Source: Escherichia phage vB_EcoM-RPN226. From it: a stretch of DNA of 64,000 nt. The translations under genes were made by a program, and so were the position numbers. Where the stretch lies: sequence record OL770073.2; one strand, written 5' to 3'. The notes under the pieces are model-generated. The model had not been told where the DNA came from. It made no database searches and saw nothing but the letters and a program-made list of their open reading frames with translations. This document shows positions 57,016 to 64,000 of this stretch, piece after piece (the stretch's first letter is position 1; every line of letters starts with the position of its first letter).

Positions 57016-57045
57016 GTTTACTTTAAGATTTAGATAGTATATAAT
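57016..57045 (+). promoter_or_regulatory. T4-type early promoter for rnh (divergent from gene 34 late promoter)
   Basis: GTTTAC ... TATAAT. Confidence 0.5.
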
Positions 57046-57074
57046 AGAAATCTCACTAATTGAACGAGGTTCAT

Positions 57075-57992
57075 ATGGATTTAGAAATGATGCTGGATGA
57101 AGATTACAAAGAAGGAATTTGCTTAATTGACTTTAGTCAGATTGCGCTTTCAACTGCTCTGGTAAACTTCCCAGATAAAGAAAAAATTAATTTATCAATG
57201 GTTCGTCATTTGATATTGAACTCAATTAAGTTCAATGTTAAAAAAGCAAAAACTCTTGGATACACTAAAATTGTATTGTGTATTGATAACGCGAAATCTG
57301 GATACTGGCGTCGTGATTTCGCTTATTATTATAAGAAAAACCGCGGAAAAGCACGAGAAGAATCTACTTGGGACTGGGAAGGTTATTTTGAATCCAGTCA
57401 TAAAGTTATAGATGAATTGAAAGCTTATATGCCATACATCGTTATGGATATTGATAAGTATGAAGCAGATGATCATATCGCTGTTCTTGTTAAAAAGTTC
57501 TCTTTAGAAGGACACAAGATTTTAATCATTTCGTCGGATGGTGACTTTACTCAACTTCACAAATACCCAAATGTTAAGCAATGGTCACCGATGCACAAGA
57601 AATGGGTTAAAATTAAAAGCGGTTCTGCTGAAATTGACTGTATGACTAAAATCCTTAAAGGCGACAAAAAGGATAACGTCGCTTCAGTTAAAGTACGATC
57701 TGACTTTTGGTTTACCAGAGTTGAAGGTGAACGAACTCCTTCAATGAAAACATCTATTGTTGAAGCTATTGCTAATGACCGTGAGCAAGCTAAGGTGCTT
57801 CTCACTGAATCTGAATATAATCGATATAAAGAAAATTTAGTTCTAATTGATTTTGATTATATTCCTGATAATATTGCTTCAAACATTGTGAATTACTATA
57901 ATTCATATAAATTACCACCGCGTGGCAAAATTTATTCATATTTTGTAAAAGCGGGTCTTTCTAAATTAACTAATAGCATTAATGAATTTTGA
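57075..57992 (+). CDS. rnh: RNase H (5'-3' exonuclease, FEN-1 family)
   Basis: 305 aa from ATG after GAGGT, as in T4 RNase H; track start 57060 is TTG upstream. Confidence 0.9.
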   Translation: MDLEMMLDEDYKEGICLIDFSQIALSTALVNFPDKEKINLSMVRHLILNSIKFNVKKAKTLGYTKIVLCIDNAKSGYWRRDFAYYYKKNRGKAREESTWDWEGYFESSHKVIDELKAYMPYIVMDIDKYEADDHIAVLVKKFSLEGHKILIISSDGDFTQLHKYPNVKQWSPMHKKWVKIKSGSAEIDCMTKILKGDKKDNVASVKVRSDFWFTRVEGERTPSMKTSIVEAIANDREQAKVLLTESEYNRYKENLVLIDFDYIPDNIASNIVNYYNSYKLPPRGKIYSYFVKAGLSKLTNSINEF

Positions 57993-58000
57993 GGTGAATA

Positions 58001-58270
58001 ATGGCTAAAAAAGAAATGGTTGAATTTGATGAAGCTATCCATGGCGAAGACTTAGCTAAATTTATCAAAGAAGCATCTGATCATAAACTGAAAATTTCTG
58101 GTTATAATGAATTGATTAAAGATATTCGAATTCGCGCCAAAGATGAACTTGGCGTTGATGGTAAGATGTTTAATCGTCTTTTAGCTTTGTATCATAAAGA
58201 TAACCGTGATGTGTTTGAAGCTGAAACCGAAGAGGTAGTTGAACTTTATGACACAGTTTTCTCTAAATGA
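58001..58270 (+). CDS. dsbA: dsDNA-binding protein DsbA
   Basis: 89 aa as in T4 DsbA. Confidence 0.8.
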   Translation: MAKKEMVEFDEAIHGEDLAKFIKEASDHKLKISGYNELIKDIRIRAKDELGVDGKMFNRLLALYHKDNRDVFEAETEEVVELYDTVFSK

Positions 58271-58586
58271 TATTCGTCCGGTCGATGAGACCGGTCTTTC
58301 AGAAAAAGAACTTTCAATTAAGAAAGAAAAGGATGAAATAGCAAAGCTTCTTGACCGCCAAGAAAATGGATTTATTATTGAAAAAATGGTAGAAGAATTT
58401 GGAATGAGTTATCTTGAAGCTACAACCGCATTCTTGGAAGAAAATTCTATTCCTGAAACTCAATTTGCTAAATTTATTCCTTCGGGTATAATTGAAAAAA
58501 TTCAGTCAGAAGCTATTGACGAAAATCTTTTACGTCCTTCTGTTGTTCGTTGTGAAAAAACTAATACATTAGATTTTCTACTATGA
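58248..58586 (+). CDS. 33: late transcription co-activator gp33
   Basis: 112 aa from MTQFSLNDIRPVDETG. Confidence 0.8.
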   Translation: MTQFSLNDIRPVDETGLSEKELSIKKEKDEIAKLLDRQENGFIIEKMVEEFGMSYLEATTAFLEENSIPETQFAKFIPSGIIEKIQSEAIDENLLRPSVVRCEKTNTLDFLL

Positions 58587-59236
58587 TTAAACTCCGCATG
58601 CCTGCTGGTGGTGAAAGATATATTGATGGTAAATCAGTTTATAAATTATACTTAATGATAAAACAACATATGAATGGAAAGTATGATGTAATTAAGTATA
58701 ATTGGTGCATGCGGGTGTCTGATGCCGCTTATCAAAAGCGAAGGGATAAGTATTTTTTCCAGAAGTTATCAGAAAAATATAAATTAAAGGAACTTGCTTT
58801 AATCTTTATAAGCAATCTTGTTGCTAACCAAGATGCTTGGATTGGTGACATCTCTGACGCTGATGCACTTGTGTTTTATCGTGAATATATCGGACGCTTA
58901 AAGCAAATTAAATTTAAGTTTGAAGAAGATATTCGCAACATTTATTATTTTAGTAAAAAAGTTGAAGTTTCTGCTTTTAAAGAAATCTTTGAGTATAATC
59001 CAAAAGTTCAATCAAGTTATATTTTTAAACTACTTCAATCGAATATAATTTCGTTTGAGACGTTTATCTTGCTTGATTCGTTTTTAAATATAATCGATAA
59101 ACATGATGAACAGACTGATAATTTAGTCTGGAATAATTATTCTATAAAGTTAAAGGCTTATAGAAAAATTTTAAATATTGATTCGCAGAAAGCTAAAAGT
59201 GTTTTCATTGAAACTGTGAAATCCTGCAAGTATTAA
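58583..59236 (+). CDS. 59: helicase loader gp59
   Basis: 217 aa as in T4 gp59. Confidence 0.85.
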   Translation: MIKLRMPAGGERYIDGKSVYKLYLMIKQHMNGKYDVIKYNWCMRVSDAAYQKRRDKYFFQKLSEKYKLKELALIFISNLVANQDAWIGDISDADALVFYREYIGRLKQIKFKFEEDIRNIYYFSKKVEVSAFKEIFEYNPKVQSSYIFKLLQSNIISFETFILLDSFLNIIDKHDEQTDNLVWNNYSIKLKAYRKILNIDSQKAKSVFIETVKSCKY

Positions 59237-59262
59237 TTGCTTATTATAAATAGATTATAATT
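59236..59262 (+). promoter_or_regulatory. overlapping middle (MotA box TTGCTTAT plus TATAAT) and late (TATAAATA) promoters upstream of gene 32
   Basis: TATAAATA at about 59245..59252; MotA-box-like TGCTTA about 12 bp upstream of TATAAT; approx coordinates. Confidence 0.5.
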
Positions 59263-59335
59263 ATCTCACTGACCAGCTATGAGGTCATACATCGTCATAG
59301 CACCAACTGTTAATTAAATTAAAAAGGAAATAAAA
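59263..59335 (+). promoter_or_regulatory. gene 32 5' leader / translational operator region
   Basis: structured region followed by unstructured AU-rich tract UUAAAUUAAAAAGGAAAUAAAAAUG, as in T4 gp32 autoregulation. Confidence 0.5.
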
Positions 59336-60244
59336 ATGTTTAAACGTAAATCTACTGCTGAACTCGCTGCACAAATGGCTAAACTGGCTGGAAATAAAGG
59401 TGGTTTTTCTTCTGAAGATAAAGGCGAGTGGAAACTGAAACTCGATAATGCGGGTAACGGTCAAGCAGTAATTCGTTTTCTTCCGTCTAAAAATGATGAA
59501 CAAGCACCATTCGCAATTCTTGTAAATCATGGTTTCAAGAAAAATGGCAAATGGTATATTGAAACGTGTTCATCTACCCACGGTGATTACGATTCTTGCC
59601 CAGTATGTCAGTACATCAGTAAAAATGATTTGTACAACACTGACAATAAAGAGTATGGTCTTGTTAAACGTAAAACTTCTTACTGGGCTAACATTCTTGT
59701 TGTAAAAGACCCAGCTGCTCCAGAAAATGAAGGTAAAGTATTTAAATATCGTTTCGGTAAGAAAATCTGGGATAAAATCAACGCAATGATTGCAGTTGAT
59801 GTTGAAATGGGTGAAACCCCAGTTGATGTAACTTGTCCGTGGGAAGGTGCTAACTTTGTACTGAAAGTTAAACAAGTTTCTGGTTTTAGTAACTACGACG
59901 AATCTAAATTCCTGAATCAATCTGCGATTCCAAACATTGATGATGAATCTTTCCAGAAAGAACTGTTCGAACAAATGGTTGACCTTTCTGAAATGACTTC
60001 TAAAGATAAATTCAAATCGTTTGAAGAACTGAGCACTAAGTTCAGTCAAGTTATGGGAACTGCTGCTATGGGTGGTGCCGCTGCAACTGCCGCTAAGAAA
60101 GCTGATAAAGTTGCTGATGATTTGGATGCATTCAATGTTGATGACTTCAAAACAAAAACTGAAGATGATTTTATGAGCTCAAGCTCTGGCAGTCCATCTA
60201 GTGCTGATGACACGGACCTGGATGACCTTTTGAATGACCTTTAA
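59336..60244 (+). CDS. 32: ssDNA-binding protein gp32
   Basis: 302 aa; zinc site H..C..C..C ([11 protein letters not shown]); acidic C-terminus [15 protein letters not shown]. Confidence 0.95.
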   Translation: MFKRKSTAELAAQMAKLAGNKGGFSSEDKGEWKLKLDNAGNGQAVIRFLPSKNDEQAPFAILVNHGFKKNGKWYIETCSSTHGDYDSCPVCQYISKNDLYNTDNKEYGLVKRKTSYWANILVVKDPAAPENEGKVFKYRFGKKIWDKINAMIAVDVEMGETPVDVTCPWEGANFVLKVKQVSGFSNYDESKFLNQSAIPNIDDESFQKELFEQMVDLSEMTSKDKFKSFEELSTKFSQVMGTAAMGGAAATAAKKADKVADDLDAFNVDDFKTKTEDDFMSSSSGSPSSADDTDLDDLLNDL

Positions 60245-60265
60245 TAGATTATATTACTAATTAAT

Positions 60266-60292
60266 TGGGGACCCTAGAGGTCCCCTTTTTTA
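60266..60292 (+). terminator. GGGGACC-CUAGA-GGUCCCC hairpin with U7
   Basis: directly after gene 32. Confidence 0.7.
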
Positions 60293-60316
60293 TTTCAAAA
60301 TTTTTTTCACAAAACT

Positions 60317-60347
60317 GTTTACATCTCTGTTCTTCCATGGTACTATA
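60317..60347 (+). promoter_or_regulatory. T4-type early promoter (cassette copy E)
   Basis: GTTTAC ... TACTAT, leader GGTACTATACAACTATC. Confidence 0.6.
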
Positions 60348-60389
60348 CAACTATCGGCAATACTGCTGATGATTAAAGAGGAAAATAAC

Positions 60390-60620
60390 ATGGCTAAAAT
60401 TGATATTGATGTTGTTGATTTTGAATATATTGAAGAAATTATTCGTAATCGTTATCCTGAACTCCGTATCACAAGTATTCATGATGATCCAAATTATTGC
60501 AATTTTTCTATTGTTATTGAAGGTCCTTTAGAAGTTCTTGAACGATTTATGGCTAATGAATACTGTGATGGTATGGATTCTGAAGACGCAGAATTTTACA
60601 TGGGACTGATTGAACAATAA
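60390..60620 (+). CDS. hypothetical protein (frd.3 position)
   Basis: 76 aa from ATG after GAGGAAAA. Confidence 0.4.
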   Translation: MAKIDIDVVDFEYIEEIIRNRYPELRITSIHDDPNYCNFSIVIEGPLEVLERFMANEYCDGMDSEDAEFYMGLIEQ

Positions 60621-60654
60621 CTATCAAGCCCCTATTAAAATGAGGAAAATCAAA

Positions 60655-61041
60655 ATGGAAATCGGCAAAAAATACGAGTTAAATCCACATCGTATTAAAT
60701 CTTTCATTGATATTAGCTCATCAAATGCTAATATGGTCGGCATCATTCAAGAAAATGGTGGTTGGTTTGAAGTTAAATCAATATCAAATTTAGATGGCTT
60801 TGATTATGTAACCGAAATCATTTGTGCTAATGGCGAAATCTATAATGATGATGGTATGGGTGATGATTATTTTGAACTTAGTGAAGAAGAGTTTTATTGT
60901 TTCCGCGAATATAAAGAACCGACTTCTGAAGAAGATGAAATCGAAGACAAGGTTTCTGGCGTAACAAAAATTCACTGCATTGTTGACGAAAACAATGTAG
61001 ATGAAATTATTGAACTTTTGCGAAAAACTTTCAAAAAGTAG
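60655..61041 (+). CDS. hypothetical protein (frd.2 position)
   Basis: 128 aa from ATG after GAGGAAAA. Confidence 0.4.
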   Translation: MEIGKKYELNPHRIKSFIDISSSNANMVGIIQENGGWFEVKSISNLDGFDYVTEIICANGEIYNDDGMGDDYFELSEEEFYCFREYKEPTSEEDEIEDKVSGVTKIHCIVDENNVDEIIELLRKTFKK

Positions 61042-61071
61042 TTTACAGAAGGGTAGTAGTGTGATACTATT
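61041..61071 (+). promoter_or_regulatory. T4-type early promoter
   Basis: GTTTAC ... TACTAT. Confidence 0.5.
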
Positions 61072-61095
61072 ACCCTATCAATTAAGGAGAATAAA

Positions 61096-62479
<1,384 letters not shown>

Positions 62480-63495
62480 TAATTTAGGCCTAGGTATAAG
62501 GTGACTTATACTTGTAATCTATCTAAACGGGGGACCTCTCTAGTAGACAATCCCGTGCTAAATTGTAGGACTACCCTTTAATAAATACTTCTATATAAAA
62601 AGAGGTGTTTATGAAAAGCGGAATTTATCAGATTAAAAACACTTTAAACGGTAAAGTGTATGTTGGAAGTGCTAAAGATTTTGAGAAAAGATGGAAGAGA
62701 CATTTTAAAGACCTTGAAAACGGTGTTCACTCTTCTATAAAATTTCAAAGGTCTTTTAATAAACATGGTAATGTTTTTGAATGCTCTGTACTGGAAGAAA
62801 TTCCATATGAGAAAGATTTGATTATTGAACGAGAAAATTTTTGGATTAAAGAGCTAAATTCTAAAATTAATGGATATAATATTGCTGATGCGTCTTTTGG
62901 CGATGTGCTTTCAAATCATCCATTAAAAGAAGAAATTGCTAAGAAACGAGCTGAAACTGTTAAAGCTAAGATGCTTAAGCTTGGTCCTGATGGTCGGAAA
63001 GCTCTTTATGGTAAACACGGAAGTAAAAATGGCCGATGGAATCCAGAAAACCACAAGTTTTGTAAATGCGGTGTTCGCATACCATCTTCGGCTGATACTT
63101 GTGGAAAGTGCCGAAAACGTTCAGGTGAAAATAACCCGTTCTTTAATCACAAACATTCAGAAAAAACTAAAACTAAACTATCTGAAAAGATGAAAGGCAA
63201 AAAGCCAGCTAACATCAAAAAGATTTCATGCGATGGGATTATTTTTGAATGTGCAGCCGATGCGGCTAGACATTTTGAAATTTCATCAGGATTAGTTACT
63301 TACCGTGTAAAATCTGATAAGTGGAATTGGTTCTACATAAATGCCTAACGACTATCCCTTTGGGGAGTAGGGTCAAGTGACTCGAAACGATAGACATCTT
63401 GCTTCATCAAGATGGAGATATAGTCTGATCTGTATGGTGACATGCAGCTGGATATAATTCCGGGATAAGATTAACGACCTTATCTGAACATAATG
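62480..63495 (+). ncRNA. group I self-splicing intron in td (1016 nt)
   Basis: starts UAAUUUAGGCCUAGGUAUAAGGUGACUUAUACUUGUAAUCUAUCUAAACGGGG, ends with G before exon 2 CUUCCAUUC; same length and boundaries as the T4 td intron as I recall it; contains I-TevI ORF. Confidence 0.8.
62611..63348 (+). CDS. intron-encoded GIY-YIG homing endonuclease I-TevI
   Basis: 245 aa from MKSGIYQIKNTLNGKVYVGSAKDFEKRWKRH; zinc finger CKCG...CGKC; C-terminal HTH; RBS AAAGAGG. Confidence 0.9.
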   Translation: MKSGIYQIKNTLNGKVYVGSAKDFEKRWKRHFKDLENGVHSSIKFQRSFNKHGNVFECSVLEEIPYEKDLIIERENFWIKELNSKINGYNIADASFGDVLSNHPLKEEIAKKRAETVKAKMLKLGPDGRKALYGKHGSKNGRWNPENHKFCKCGVRIPSSADTCGKCRKRSGENNPFFNHKHSEKTKTKLSEKMKGKKPANIKKISCDGIIFECAADAARHFEISSGLVTYRVKSDKWNWFYINA

Positions 63496-63807
63496 CTTCC
63501 ATTCAACATTGCATCATATGCTGCGTTGGCTCATATTGTAGCTAAGATGTGTAATCTTATTCCAGGAGATTTGATATTTTCTGGCGGTAATACTCATATC
63601 TATATGAATCACGTAGAACAATGTAAAGAAATTTTGCGTCGTGAACCTAAAGAGCTTTGTGAACTGGTAATAGGCGGATTGCCTTATAAATTCCGCTATC
63701 TTTCTACTAAAGAACAATTGGAATACATTCTTAAACTCAGGCCTAAAGATTTCGTTCTTAAAGGTTACGAATCACACCCTCCTATTAAAGGAAAAATGGC
63801 GGTGTAA
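63496..63807 (+). CDS. td: thymidylate synthase, exon 2 (103 codons)
   Basis: LPFNIASYAALAHIVAKMCNLIPGD...; exon1+exon2 = 286 aa as in T4 TS. Confidence 0.9.
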   Translation, partial: LPFNIASYAALAHIVAKMCNLIPGDLIFSGGNTHIYMNHVEQCKEILRREPKELCELVIGGLPYKFRYLSTKEQLEYILKLRPKDFVLKGYESHPPIKGKMAV

Positions 63808-63830
63808 TTAATTATTAATTGTGAGGATAT

Positions 63831-64000
63831 ATGATTTTACGATTTAAGGATACTTCTGGTGTCGTTCTTTTTACACTTCCTAACCCAAGTGAGTTAGAAG
63901 TTCCAGGACCAAATCAGCCTATTATCATTTATGGCAAAAAATATTATACTCATAAAATGACCCGTGAGTATTTTGATAATAAAATTTCCACAGTTAAAAC
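63831..64000 (+). CDS. hypothetical protein, 3'-truncated by window end
   Basis: ATG after TGAGGAT; open to end of window. Confidence 0.35.
   Translation, partial: MILRFKDTSGVVLFTLPNPSELEVPGPNQPIIIYGKKYYTHKMTREYFDNKISTVK

Noticed and set aside
11854-60347. Possibility that the repeated GGTACTATACAACTATC elements are a CRISPR-like array or tRNA-like repeats
   Set aside because: Copies are kilobases apart, not regularly spaced, and each coincides with promoter -35/-10 geometry upstream of an ORF; no cloverleaf or direct-repeat/spacer structure.

Overview
This window is a contiguous piece of a T-even (T4-like) myovirus genome of the T2/T6 type, judged from gene order and from proteins I recognise by recall, not by database search. 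The + strand carries the early/middle DNA replication and recombination module in T4 order: a-gt, 47, 46, rpbA, 45, 44, 62, regA, 43, imm, 42, a glucosyltransferase, uvsX, 40, 41, dmd, sp, 61, 56, soc, modB/modA, srd, dda, dexA, a single-ORF gene 39, rIIA, rIIB, denB, ndd, stp, 52, motA, arn, asiA, then rnh, dsbA, 33, 59, 32, frd and td. The - strand at 46.5-57 kb carries the late genes t, 38 (T2-type glycine-rich adhesin), 37, 36, 35 and 34. The strongest finding is that uvsX is fractured: an N-extein plus N-intein ORF, a free-standing GIY-YIG endonuclease ORF, and a C-intein plus C-extein ORF, i.e. a naturally split intein in the phage recombinase. Other points of interest are five homing-endonuclease genes (two HNH, two free-standing GIY-YIG, I-TevI in the td group I intron), a repeated stem-loop plus early-promoter cassette with near-identical 5' leaders, a non-T4 GT-A glycosyltransferase at the beta-gt locus, and no Dam-like ORF where T4 has dam. 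Coordinates of CDS follow the ORF track (starts adjusted by codon offset where an ATG with Shine-Dalgarno is evident); coordinates of small ORFs and regulatory sites I placed by hand may be off by 1-2 nt.
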